A stretch of 64,000 bases of DNA, taken from the NCBI GenBank assembly GCA_902802575.1, contig CADCMN010000009.1, positions 375 to 64,374 on the forward strand, in the 5' to 3' direction. How positions within the stretch are numbered: the stretch's first letter is position 1; each line of letters begins with the position of its first letter. The translations under genes and the position numbers were made by a program. Shown in pieces: positions 27,254 to 37,246 of this stretch. The DNA is from an uncultured Eubacteriales bacterium. GTDB taxonomy: Bacteria > Bacillota > Clostridia > Christensenellales > CAG-138. Under the pieces are notes generated by a model, which saw only the letters and a program-made list of their open reading frames with translations, ran no database searches and was not told where the DNA came from.

Positions 27254-28210
27254 TCAATTCGTTCCTTTTCTCCCATGCTGGTACAGCTGACGATTGTCCA
27301 GCGCCCACTGGCGCTCGGAAAAGCCGCCCTTCACCACGCCGTCCAGGGCCGTGAACATCTCGAAGAGCTGGGCGTCCAGCCGATCCAGGGTGGAGAGGAC
27401 CTCGGCCTCGGGGAACATGGGGAGCTTGGGCGAGCCGAACTCCGGCTGTCCGTGATGGGAGAGGAGCATGTGTTCCAACAGGATGGCCGTCTCCTCGGGG
27501 ACCTGCAGCAGCTCCGCCGCAGAGCGGACCTCGGCCATGCCGATATTGATGTGCCCCAGAAGCTGTCCCTCGGCGGTGTAGGCGGAGGCCAAGCCCAGCT
27601 TGCCCGTGTCCAGCTCCGTGAGCTTGCCGAGATCGTGGAGGATGGCGCCGGCCACGATGAGCTCCCCGTCCAACTGGTCGTACCGAGCAGCCACGGCCTT
27701 GCCCATGGAGACCACGTTCAGCGTATGCTCCAAAAAGCCGCCCCGGGTGGCGTGGTGGAGCTTGACGGCGGCAGGATAGTACAGCATCTCCTTCTTGTGC
27801 TCCCGCATCAGATACTGGACCAGGCGCTTCAGGTCCTGATCCCGGAAAGCCTCGGTCTCCCGCCAGAGGATCTCATAGGCCGCGCCGGGGTCCTGGGGGG
27901 AGCAGGGAACGATCTTGGACATATCCACGTCGTCCGCTTCGGTGGCCTGACGGATGCGCTCGATCTTCAGCTGCTCGCTGTCCTTCCAGATGGTGACCGT
28001 GCCCCGGACCTTCACGATGTCCTCGGGCTCGAACATGCCCATGGAGGGGCCGTAGTTCCAGATCTTGGCCACACACTCGCCGCCGGCGTCCGCCAGCACC
28101 ATATCCATATAGGATCCGCCCTTGCTGTCGGTGCGAAGAGACGCGCTCTTCACCATGCAGAAGCCCTCCGTCTGCTGGCCGGGGGCGTTCAGGATGCTCA
28201 TTCTGCTCAT
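27254..28210 (-). CDS. yhaM: 3'-5' exoribonuclease YhaM-like (OB fold plus HD domain)
   Basis: 318 aa with an N-terminal OB-like VKVRGTVTIWKDSEQLKIERI and an HD domain GGFLEHTLNV...AGAILHDLGK. Confidence 0.7.
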   Translation of the reverse strand: MSRMSILNAPGQQTEGFCMVKSASLRTDSKGGSYMDMVLADAGGECVAKIWNYGPSMGMFEPEDIVKVRGTVTIWKDSEQLKIERIRQATEADDVDMSKIVPCSPQDPGAAYEILWRETEAFRDQDLKRLVQYLMREHKKEMLYYPAAVKLHHATRGGFLEHTLNVVSMGKAVAARYDQLDGELIVAGAILHDLGKLTELDTGKLGLASAYTAEGQLLGHINIGMAEVRSAAELLQVPEETAILLEHMLLSHHGQPEFGSPKLPMFPEAEVLSTLDRLDAQLFEMFTALDGVVKGGFSERQWALDNRQLYQHGRKGTN

Positions 28211-28281
28211 ATAAGATCTCCATTCTTTACCAATAGATACACATAGTATAGCAGATTTTTTTTCGATAGCAAACAGGAAGA

Positions 28282-28310
28282 TTGTAGAAACCCAAAAGCT
28301 ATGCTATACT
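28282..28310 (+). promoter_or_regulatory. Candidate promoter of mnmG-rsmG-pth-mfd
   Basis: TTGTAG (28282-28287), a 17-nt spacer, then TATACT (28305-28310). Confidence 0.4.
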
Positions 28311-28333
28311 GCTATACATAGGAGTATGCGCAT

Positions 28334-30226
28334 ATGAGCAATGTACTGACAACCAAGCCCCTCAGAGGGGAGCGCTTCGACTGCGTGGTGATCGGCGCGG
28401 GTCACGGGGGCTGCGAGGCGGCCCTGGCTGCGGCGCGCATGGGCCTCAAGACGGCTCTGCTCACGTTGAACCTGGACAGCATCGGCATGATGCCCTGCAA
28501 CCCCTCCATCGGCGGCACCGGCAAGGGGCACCTGGTCCGGGAGCTGGACGCCATGGGCGGGGAGATGGGTCTCGCGGCTGACGACACTCTGATCCAAATG
28601 CGCATGCTGAACACAGGCAAGGGCCCCGCGGTCCACTCCCTTCGGGCCCAGATGGACAAGCGTCGCTACCACGAGCGCATGAAGGCAGCCCTGGAAGCGG
28701 AGGACAACCTGACCCTGATCCAGAGCGAGGCCGTGGACTTTGTCACCGAAGGCGGCCGCCTTTCGGGCGTCGTCACGGCGGAGGGCTTCTGTTACCCTTG
28801 CCGGGCGGCGGTCCTGTGCACGGGCGTGTATCTGAAGAGCCGCATCCTCATCGGTGAATTCGTTCGGGAAAGCGGCCCGGCAGGCATGCTGCGGAGCGAG
28901 GGCCTTTCGGGGAACCTCAGCCGCCTGGGTATTCCCCTGCGGCGGTTCAAGACCGGCACGCCGCCCCGGGTCAAGCGGGACACCCTGGACTTTGGAAAGA
29001 TGACCATCCAGGAGGGGGACGAGCCCACCCCCGCCTTCTCCTTCCTCCACGGAGAGCTGCACCTTCAGCAGGACAAATGCTGGCTCACCTATACGAATTC
29101 GGACACCCATAGGATCATCCTGGACAATCTGGACAGGTCCCCTCTGTACGCGGGCCGCATCCACGCCACGGGCACCCGCTACTGTCCCTCCATCGAGGAC
29201 AAGGTGGTGAAGTTCGCCGACAAGGACCGGCATCAGCTCTTCATCGAGCCCGAGGGCCGGACCACCCAGGAGATGTACGTCCAGGGCCTGAGCACCAGCC
29301 TGCCCGCCGACGTGCAGGAAGCCATGCTCCACACCATCCCGGGCTTGGAGAAGGCCCAGATCATGCGCTACGGGTATGCTATCGAGTACGATTGCCTGGA
29401 CCCCCAGGCCCTGGACCTGAGCTTCATGGTGAAGGCCGTCCCCGGTCTTTTCTCCGGCGGTCAGATCAACGGCAGCTCCGGCTATGAGGAGGCGGCGGCC
29501 CAGGGCTTCTATGCCGGGGTCAACGCCGCCCTGTACGTGAAGGGCGAGGCGCCCTTCATCATCGGCCGGGACGAGGGGTATCTGGGCGTGCTGGTGGACG
29601 ATCTGGTCACCAAGGGCACGCCGGAGCCCTACCGGATGATGACCTCCCGCTGCGAGTACCGGCTGCTCCTTCGCCAGGACAACGCCGACGAGCGCTTGAC
29701 CGAAAAGGCCCGGCGCACGGGGCTTATTTCCGACCAACGATACGAAAAACTCCTGCGCAAGCGGGAAAAGGTGGCCGCCGCCCGGGCGAAGCTGGATAAA
29801 CGTGTCCCGGCGGACGAGAAGCTGCGGGCGTATCTGGAGAGCGTGGGTGAGAGCGTGCCCCACGACGGCGCCCGGTTGTTCGAGCTATTGAAGCGCCCCG
29901 GGGTCACTTACACGGGGCTCCTGGGCCTCTACGGGGACGATCTCGACCCCCTGGACCGGGAGACCCTGGAACAGATCGACGTCATGGCCCGGTACGACGG
30001 GTACATCGACAAAGAGCGGCGGGAGGTGGCGCGGATGCGCAGTTTGGAAAACCTGACCCTGCCGATAGACTTTGACTACAACACCCTGTCGGGGCTCCGT
30101 CTGGAAGCCCGGCAGAAGCTGAACGGGGTCAAGCCGGCGAACATCGGCCAGGCGTCCCGCATCTCGGGGGTGTCCCCGGCGGACGTGTCCGTGCTGCTGG
30201 TGGCCCAGAAACGGGGGATGCTGTGA
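28334..30226 (+). CDS. mnmG: tRNA uridine-5-carboxymethylaminomethyl synthesis enzyme MnmG (GidA)
   Basis: 630 aa with the FAD-binding VIGAGHGGCEAALAAARMG and conserved motifs NPSIGGTGKGHLVRELDA and GQINGSSGYEEAAAQG. Confidence 0.95.
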   Translation: MSNVLTTKPLRGERFDCVVIGAGHGGCEAALAAARMGLKTALLTLNLDSIGMMPCNPSIGGTGKGHLVRELDAMGGEMGLAADDTLIQMRMLNTGKGPAVHSLRAQMDKRRYHERMKAALEAEDNLTLIQSEAVDFVTEGGRLSGVVTAEGFCYPCRAAVLCTGVYLKSRILIGEFVRESGPAGMLRSEGLSGNLSRLGIPLRRFKTGTPPRVKRDTLDFGKMTIQEGDEPTPAFSFLHGELHLQQDKCWLTYTNSDTHRIILDNLDRSPLYAGRIHATGTRYCPSIEDKVVKFADKDRHQLFIEPEGRTTQEMYVQGLSTSLPADVQEAMLHTIPGLEKAQIMRYGYAIEYDCLDPQALDLSFMVKAVPGLFSGGQINGSSGYEEAAAQGFYAGVNAALYVKGEAPFIIGRDEGYLGVLVDDLVTKGTPEPYRMMTSRCEYRLLLRQDNADERLTEKARRTGLISDQRYEKLLRKREKVAAARAKLDKRVPADEKLRAYLESVGESVPHDGARLFELLKRPGVTYTGLLGLYGDDLDPLDRETLEQIDVMARYDGYIDKERREVARMRSLENLTLPIDFDYNTLSGLRLEARQKLNGVKPANIGQASRISGVSPADVSVLLVAQKRGML

Positions 30227-30909
30227 GCGATATGCGGGATATACTGAAACAGGCCCTGCCCCAAGCGGATGAGCAGGCCCTGGAGCGATTCGAGATCTAC
30301 CACCGGCTGCTGGCGGAATGGAACGAAAGGATGAACCTGACCGCCATCACGGACCCGGTGGAGGTGGCCGAAAAGCACTTTGCGGACTCCCTGGCGGCCT
30401 TGCCCTACCTGAAGGCGGGCATGAAGGTCATCGACGTGGGCACGGGGGCCGGGTTCCCCGGGGTGCCGCTGCTCATCATGGAGCCCGGATTGGAGCTGAC
30501 CCTGGCCGACAGCCTCCAAAAGCGGCTGACCTTTTTGGACGCCCTGCTTAAAGAACTGGGATTGAAAGCCGCCCTGGTCCACGGCCGGGCGGAGGATCTG
30601 GGGCAGAACAAGCTGTATCGGGAGCGGTATGACGTTGCGCTGTCCCGGGCGGTGGCGAACCTGCCGGTGCTGCTGGAGCTCACCACCCCCTTCGTGAAGG
30701 CGGGCGGGACGGCCATCGCCTACAAAGGCGACGGGGCCGAGGAGCTGAAAAACGCCAAATCGGCGGCCTTTTTGCTCCATGTGCAGCTCAGGAGCGTGGA
30801 GCTCGATTCCCCCCTGGGCAAGCGGTGTTTGATTTTCGCGGACAAAACCGCCCCCACGCCGAAACAGTATCCCCGGAAGGCCGGGACCCCCAACAAAAAG
30901 CCCCTGTAA
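30223..30909 (+). CDS. rsmG: 16S rRNA (guanine527-N7)-methyltransferase RsmG (GidB)
   Basis: 228 aa with WNERMNLTAI and the SAM motif VIDVGTGAGFPGVPL. The GTG start overlaps the mnmG stop. Confidence 0.9.
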   Translation: MSDMRDILKQALPQADEQALERFEIYHRLLAEWNERMNLTAITDPVEVAEKHFADSLAALPYLKAGMKVIDVGTGAGFPGVPLLIMEPGLELTLADSLQKRLTFLDALLKELGLKAALVHGRAEDLGQNKLYRERYDVALSRAVANLPVLLELTTPFVKAGGTAIAYKGDGAEELKNAKSAAFLLHVQLRSVELDSPLGKRCLIFADKTAPTPKQYPRKAGTPNKKPL

Positions 30910-30922
30910 GGAGGGAATGGAT

Positions 30923-31519
30923 ATGTATGTGATCGCGGGCCTGGGCAACCCGGGCTTGAGCTACCGGAAGACCCGGCACAATATCGGCTTCATGGCCCTG
31001 GACGTGATCGCTGAGCGAATCGGCGTCAAGATCAAGGATAAAAAGTTTTCCGGCCTTCTGGGCGAGGGCGAGCTGGCCGGGGAGCGGGTCATTTTGGTGA
31101 AGCCTCAGACCTACATGAACCTGAGCGGCGACTGCCTGCAGCAGGTCATGCACTTCTATAAGCTCCCCCCGGAGAAGCTCATCGTCCTCTGCGACGACGT
31201 GGATCTGCCCTGCGGGAGCCTGCGCATCCGCGCCAAGGGCTCCGCGGGCACCCACAACGGCCTCAGGAGTATCATCGCCTGCCTCAATTCCGAGAACTTC
31301 CCCCGGATCCGCATCGGCGCGGGCCAGGATATCTCCCTGCAGCTTCGGGATTACGTGTTGAAGCGCCCCGGCAAGGAGGAGGCGGCCCTGCTGCAGGAGG
31401 CCTATGAAAAGGCGGCGGACGCGGCGGCGCTCATCGTCAAGGGGGACGTGGAGGGGGCCCAGAGCCGCTTCAATAAGCGCCACGAGAAGAATCCCCGGCA
31501 GACCCCGACGGAAGAATGA
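30923..31519 (+). CDS. pth: Peptidyl-tRNA hydrolase
   Basis: MYVIAGLGNPGLSYRKTRHNIGF. The ATG at 30923 has better spacing from GGAGGG than the track start at 30917. Confidence 0.9.
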   Translation: MYVIAGLGNPGLSYRKTRHNIGFMALDVIAERIGVKIKDKKFSGLLGEGELAGERVILVKPQTYMNLSGDCLQQVMHFYKLPPEKLIVLCDDVDLPCGSLRIRAKGSAGTHNGLRSIIACLNSENFPRIRIGAGQDISLQLRDYVLKRPGKEEAALLQEAYEKAADAAALIVKGDVEGAQSRFNKRHEKNPRQTPTEE

Positions 31520-34500
31520 CGGATCGTCTCCTGTCACAACTGAAGAAGGACCCGGCGGTCAGCGAACTGCTGTCGGGACTCAGGAAGGGAAGGGGCCCGG
31601 CGGCGGTCTTTTCCCTGCCGGACGCTGCCCGTGCGCCGGTGTTCGCGACCCTTTCCGGGGAAGGGACCACTATGGTGGTCCTGGACACCGAGGCGGCGGC
31701 CATCGAGCTTTTCAACGAGATCAGGATTTACCGGCCTGACGCCCTGCCCTTCCTGCCCCGGGAACTCCCTCTCGTCCACGTCCAGGCGGCGGCCCCGGAG
31801 CGCCGGAGCCAGCGGCTGGGGGTCCTCTCCCGGCTGGTGCTGGGCGTGCCCACCCTCATCGTTACCTGCGCGGCGGCGCTCATGGAGCGTCTGGCCCCTC
31901 CGGAGGCCTTCGTGTCCCAGGTGAAAGTGGTGAAGCGGGGGGACGTGCTGCCGCCCCGGACGCTCCTTGCCGATCTGGTATCGGCGGGCTACGAGCGGGT
32001 GGACATGCTGGAGGGTCCCGGTCAGGCGGCCCTGCGCGGCGATATTTTGGACGTGTTCCCGCCCCAGGGGGAGGACCCCTGCCGGATCGAGTTTTTCGAC
32101 GACGAGGTGGATCAGCTTCGTTGGTTTGACGTGGCGACCCAGCGGTCCATCCGCCAGACGGATCGGGTGCTGCTGCCCCCCGCCTTTGAGACGCCTCAGC
32201 CCGGGACCAGGGTCCGCAAAGCCCTGAAAGCCCTGGGGGAGCGGGAGGGCTTCGACCGGGAGCGGGAGGACTGGGCGGATGAGCGGCCCACCTTGGGCGC
32301 GGACGTGCTGCTGCCCCTGCTGTATGAGGAGGAGGCCTCCCTGGACGACTATCTGCCCCGGGACTGTCTGCGGCTCGTGGTGGAGCCGGACCGGGTGCTG
32401 GAGGAGGGCCGGACGGGCCGGATGCTGTTTTTGGAGTCCGTCACCGCCATGTTGGAGCGGGGCGAGGGCCATCCCCAGCAGGCAAAGCTCCTGCGGGAGG
32501 ACGGTCATCTTGTCTCTGCGCTGAACACAGCGCGGACGGGAGCGGTCTACGCTCTGTTCCGTACCAGCCGGAGCTTGGAGCATCGGATGCGGGTGAAGTG
32601 CACCTTAGAGGGGGCGCCCATGTATCTCGGAGACATGGGGGAGCTTGCCCGGGAGCTGAAGCGATTCCGTCAATCCGGCGGCAGCGCCCTGCTGTACGGC
32701 GGCGAAAGCGCCGACAGCCTGCTGGACAGCCTTCAGGACGAGCTTCGGTGCGCCATAGCGGACGAACTGAACCGGGATCCTGAGCCCGGCGAGGTGCTGA
32801 TCCTCCGGGAGAGCCTGCCCCGGGGCTTCCTGTGTCCGGCCCAAAAGCTGATGGTGCTGACGGGGGCGGAGCTGTTCGGCAAACGCATGTCCCGGCCCCG
32901 GAAGAAGAAGAGCGGGCTGAAGTTTTCCGATCTGTCCGTGGGGGATTACGTGGTCCACGAGGCCCACGGCATCGGTCGGTTCGTGGGCGTGGAGCAGCTC
33001 ACCGTGCAGAACAGCACCCGGGATTATCTGCTCCTGCTCTACAAGGGCGGCGATAAGCTGTATATCCCCACGGATCAGCTGGACCGCATCCAGAAGTATA
33101 TGGGCTCGTCCGGCGAGGACGCGGCCCCAACCTTGAGCAAATTGGGGGGCGGCGAGTGGCAGCAGAAGGTCCAAAAGGCTCGGACGGCGGCGAAGAAGCT
33201 GGCGGTGGACCTGGCGGCCCTATACGCCAAACGAGCTTCCCTACAAGGCTTCGCTTTTTCGCCGGACACCGCCTGGCAGCGGAAGCTGGAAGCGTCCTTC
33301 CCCTACGAGGAGACCCGGGACCAGCTTCGGTGCATCCGGGAGGTGAAGGCGGACATGGAGAGCCGCCGGCCCATGGATCGGCTGCTGTGCGGCGACGTGG
33401 GCTACGGAAAGACCGAGGTGGCCATCCGGGCGGCCTTCAAGGCCATCCAGGACGGAAAGCAGGCGGCCATCTTGGCGCCCACCACCATCCTGGCCCAGCA
33501 GCACTATGCCACCATCTCCGAGCGGTTCGCCGCCTTCCCGGTGACCGTGGGCTGCCTCTCCCGGTTCCAGACGCCCAAGGAGCGGGAGGCTGTGAAGAAG
33601 GCGCTGGCCGCCGGAGAGCTGGACATGGTCGTCGGCACCCACGCGCTGCTGGCTAAGGACGTGAAATTCAAGGATCTGGGCCTGCTCATCATCGACGAGG
33701 AGCACCGCTTCGGCGTGAACCACAAGGAGCAGATCAAGGCCATGCGCAGCCAGGTGCTTCGGCGTGAACCACAAGGAGCAGATCAAGGCCATGCGCAGCC
33801 AGGTGGACGTGCTGACCATGACCGCCACGCCCATCCCCCGGACGCTGAACATGGCCATGACCGGGGTCAGGGACGTGTCCGTCATCGAGACGCCGCCGGA
33901 GAACCGGTTCCCGGTCCAAACCTTCGTGGTGGAGTACACCGACGCCCAGATCGCCGCCGCCATCCGCCGGGAGCTCGCCCGGGGCGGCCAGTGCTTCCTG
34001 GTCAGCAACAAGGTCATGGGCATGGAGAGCACCCTCAGCCACTTCCAGGAGCTGGTGCCCGAAGCCCGGTTCCTCATGGCCCACGGGCAGATGAACGAGC
34101 ACGCCCTGGAACAGGCCATGCTGTCCTTCATCCAGCGGGAGGCGGACGTGCTTTTGTGCTCCACCATCGTGGAGAGCGGCGTGGACATTCCGAACTGCAA
34201 TACCCTGGTGGTCCTGGACGCGGACAAGCTGGGCCTTGCGCAGCTCTATCAGCTGCGGGGCCGGGTGGGGCGGTCGAACCGCATCGCCTATGCCTACTTC
34301 ACCGTGCCCCAGAGCCGATCCCTGCCCGAGGCGGCCCAGAAGCGTCTGCTGGCCGTGCGGGAGTTCACCCAGTTCGGGGCCGGGTATCGGCTGGCCATGC
34401 GGGATCTGGAGATCCGGGGCGCCGGGAGCCTCTTAGGGGCGGAGCAGCACGGGCATCTTTCGGATGTGGGCTATGAATACTACTGCAAGCTGATCCGTCA

Positions 34501-35005
34501 GGCGGTGGACGAGGAAACGGGCCGAGAGGCGCCGCCTCTTATCGACACGGCGGTGGACGCCCCCGGGGACGCTTTCGTACCCAAGAACTACGTGAACGGG
34601 GAGCTGCAGCGGATGGCCATGTACAAGCGCATCGCCGAGATCGAGGACGAAAGCATGTTCGAGGATATGTACGACGAGTTCACCGACCGGTATGGAGATT
34701 TGCCGGAGGCTGTGGAGCGACTTATGCGGCTGTCGCTCATCAAGCATCTTGCCGCCGCCGCCGGGTTCCTTTCGGTGACGGTGAAGCCGGGAAAGGCCAC
34801 GCTGAAATATGATCGAAGCGCCCGACCCGAGGGGGGACGGCTGCTGCTGGCCTTATCGGGCGAACAGGGGGCCAGACTCCTTGCCGGGGATCCTGCGGCG
34901 GTGGAAATAACCGTCAAAGGACGCAGCCCGGATGAATTCGTAAAAAAACTGCCACAATTTCTTTCCATTCTGGCGGATTGCAACCGACCGGAGGAGAGGA
35001 TATAA
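31516..35005 (+). pseudogene. mfd: Transcription-repair coupling factor Mfd, interrupted by a frameshifting 49-bp tandem duplication
   Basis: Frame 1 (31516 onward) encodes the Mfd N-terminus, the RNAP-interaction region, Walker A (GDVGYGKTEVA) and motif II (IIDEEHRFGV), then degenerates after 33756. Frame 2 (33764-35005) continues with motif III (LTMTATPIPRTL) through the C-terminal domain. Removing one repeat copy gives one 1146-codon ORF. Confidence 0.85.
33708..33805 (+). repeat. Perfect direct tandem duplication, 2 x 49 bp
   Basis: CTTCGGCGTGAACCACAAGGAGCAGATCAAGGCCATGCGCAGCCAGGTG occurs at 33708-33756 and again at 33757-33805 with no spacer. The boundaries are ambiguous by 1 nt (G). 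Confidence 0.95.
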
Positions 35006-35042
35006 TGAAACGAAACATATAAAGCAGAAAGGAAATACAATC

Positions 35043-36458
35043 GTGAGCAAGAAACTTTTGGCGCTGCTGCTGTGCGTGCTGCTGATGCTGGGCCTGGCGG
35101 GATGTCTGGAGGAGACGAAACAAAGCGAAGAGGCCCCTGTCACGACGGCGACAAGCGAGCCGGCGGACACCAGCCTGGAGGACGAGCTGCCGGCCTTCAC
35201 GCTGGGAGACATCACGGTCACCGTGGGCGAAATCAGGAGCATCTATAACACCGTGGTGGAGCAGATGGGCTACTATGGCATGCAGGCGCCGAGCACGGCC
35301 GACGAGATCAAACAGTATAAGGATATGATCATCGAGGATATGCTCAACGCCAAGGTCCTGCCCTGGAAGGCCCAGCAGATGGGCATTGAACTCACGCCGG
35401 AAAAGGTGGAAGAGGTGAACCGGCAGGTGGAGGCGGAGCTGGCGGAGTACGCCGCAGACTATCTGGAGGACGCCAAAGCGGAGTTGGGCGATACGGCCAG
35501 CGCCGCGGATCTGGCCAAGAAGGCGCGGGAGTTTCTGGAAAAGGATGTGGAGGACTACTTCGGCTATCCCTTCAGCCAGTGGCTGGACGAGGTGAAGACC
35601 TCCTATATGGAGAGTGCGCTCACGGAGCTGTTGCAGGAGAAGTTCAACGAGGGCGTCACCGTCACCGACGAACAGGTCCGCGATTGGTTCAACACGGAAG
35701 CGGAAACCCAGAAGGAGAGCTTCACGTCGGACTATACCGCCTACAAGAGCCAGGTGGAGGCGTATCGTCTGGGCGAATCCAACGTGCCGGCCCTGTACAC
35801 GCCGGAAGGCTTCGCTCAGATGCAGGTCATCACCTTTGACATCGACGCCAACGACTACGCCGTCTATGCTGCCAATGAGGTGGAGATGACTAACCTGGAG
35901 GCGGAATATGGAAAGCTGGTCCTGCGGGGCCAGGACGAGGATCGGCAAACCGAGATCGCGGCCCGGTATGCAGAGCTGCAGGAAGCCAACCAGGCGCTGC
36001 TGAGCAAGACCAGCGACAAGGCGGCGAAGGCCAGAGCTGACGCGCTCAACGGCATGAGCTTCGTCGATATCTTCAAAACCTACTCCAACATGGAGGGCGG
36101 CATGGGATTCTTCGGCTACGACGAAGACAATCCGAAGCGGGACGGCACCGTCATCTTCTACACCAAGGAGAAGGATGCGGAGTGGCCGGACCAGGTCTGG
36201 AATATGGCTAAGGATATGAAGGACGGCGAGATCTCGGAGCTGCTTCAGGTGGGAGATTCCTTCTACCTTATCAAGCGCTTGGCGGACCTGCCGGAAGGCG
36301 TCGTTTCCTTCGATCAGGATGCGGCTGTCTACACCGCTGCAGCACTGGCTGAAAAGCAGACCAAGGAATGGGAAGCCGTCCAGGCGGACTGGCTCAGCGA
36401 AGCGCGGAATGCGGCCGTGTTCTATGAGGACAACTACGCAAGCGTGGGTGTAAAATGA
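35043..36458 (+). CDS. PrsA/SurA-like peptidyl-prolyl isomerase/foldase lipoprotein
   Basis: 471 aa with a GTG start, the lipobox GLAGC, a SurA-N-like helical region and a parvulin-like C-terminal segment (DGEISELLQVGDSFYLIKR). Confidence 0.55.
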   Translation: MSKKLLALLLCVLLMLGLAGCLEETKQSEEAPVTTATSEPADTSLEDELPAFTLGDITVTVGEIRSIYNTVVEQMGYYGMQAPSTADEIKQYKDMIIEDMLNAKVLPWKAQQMGIELTPEKVEEVNRQVEAELAEYAADYLEDAKAELGDTASAADLAKKAREFLEKDVEDYFGYPFSQWLDEVKTSYMESALTELLQEKFNEGVTVTDEQVRDWFNTEAETQKESFTSDYTAYKSQVEAYRLGESNVPALYTPEGFAQMQVITFDIDANDYAVYAANEVEMTNLEAEYGKLVLRGQDEDRQTEIAARYAELQEANQALLSKTSDKAAKARADALNGMSFVDIFKTYSNMEGGMGFFGYDEDNPKRDGTVIFYTKEKDAEWPDQVWNMAKDMKDGEISELLQVGDSFYLIKRLADLPEGVVSFDQDAAVYTAAALAEKQTKEWEAVQADWLSEARNAAVFYEDNYASVGVK

Positions 36459-37246
36459 GAGCACCGTCTTTGAGAAAAGCGGAGGTGGGCGATAAGCCCA
36501 CCTCTTTGGCGTATCGGGTGATTCGATACGGCGTGTGGCTCTTCTCTCCCAAGTGGCGGCTGTCGGGTGCGGAAAAGCTGCCGGACGGTCCCGCCATCAT
36601 CGTGGGAAACCATTCTCAGATGTACGGTCCCATCGCCATGGAGCTGTATACGCCCGGCCGTCACTGGGTCTGGTGCGCCGGGGAGATGATGCACCGGGAG
36701 GAGGTGGCCGCCTATGCCTATCAGGACTTCTGGTCGGGAAAGCCCAAGGCTGTCCGCTGGTTCTATCGGCTGCTGAGCCATCTGATCGTGCCGCTGAGCG
36801 TGTGCGTGTTCAACAACGCCCACACCGTGGGGGTGTATCACGACGCGCGGCTGTTGTCCACCTTCCGGGAATCGGCGCAGAAGCTGAAGGAGGGGGATCG
36901 GCTGGTGATCTTCCCCGAGTGCTATGACGAGCACAACAACATCGTCCACGCCTTTCAGGACCGGTTCATCGACCTGGGGCGCATGTATTATAAGCAGACC
37001 GGCAAAGCCCTGCCCTTCGTGCCCCTGTATGTGGCGCCGGCTTTAGGCGTGCTGTTTTTCGGGGAACCCATCCTCTTCGATCCGGCGGCGTCGGTGGAGC
37101 AGGAGCGCCGGCGCATCGCGGACGCCCTGATGGACGCCGTCACCGATCTGGCCGTGGCCCTGCCGGAGCACACCGTGGTGCCCTATCCCAATATCCCCAA
37201 GAAGGACTATCCCAAGAATATCCCCCTCCAAGTGTATTCCAAATGA
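36455..37246 (+). CDS. PlsC-like lysophospholipid acyltransferase family protein (atypical HX4D box)
   Basis: 263 aa with IIVGNHSQMYGP (His box with Gly in place of Asp) and a VIFPEC block. It has ATGA overlaps with both neighbouring genes. Confidence 0.5.
   Translation: MRAPSLRKAEVGDKPTSLAYRVIRYGVWLFSPKWRLSGAEKLPDGPAIIVGNHSQMYGPIAMELYTPGRHWVWCAGEMMHREEVAAYAYQDFWSGKPKAVRWFYRLLSHLIVPLSVCVFNNAHTVGVYHDARLLSTFRESAQKLKEGDRLVIFPECYDEHNNIVHAFQDRFIDLGRMYYKQTGKALPFVPLYVAPALGVLFFGEPILFDPAASVEQERRRIADALMDAVTDLAVALPEHTVVPYPNIPKKDYPKNIPLQVYSK

Noticed and set aside
33757-34476. C-terminal ~240 aa of the 986-aa ORF 31516-34476
   Set aside because: This is an out-of-frame read-through created by the 49-bp duplication. 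The sequence (LRREPQGADQGHAQPGGRADHDRHAHPP...) is nonsense, whereas the overlapping frame encodes the genuine Mfd C-terminus.
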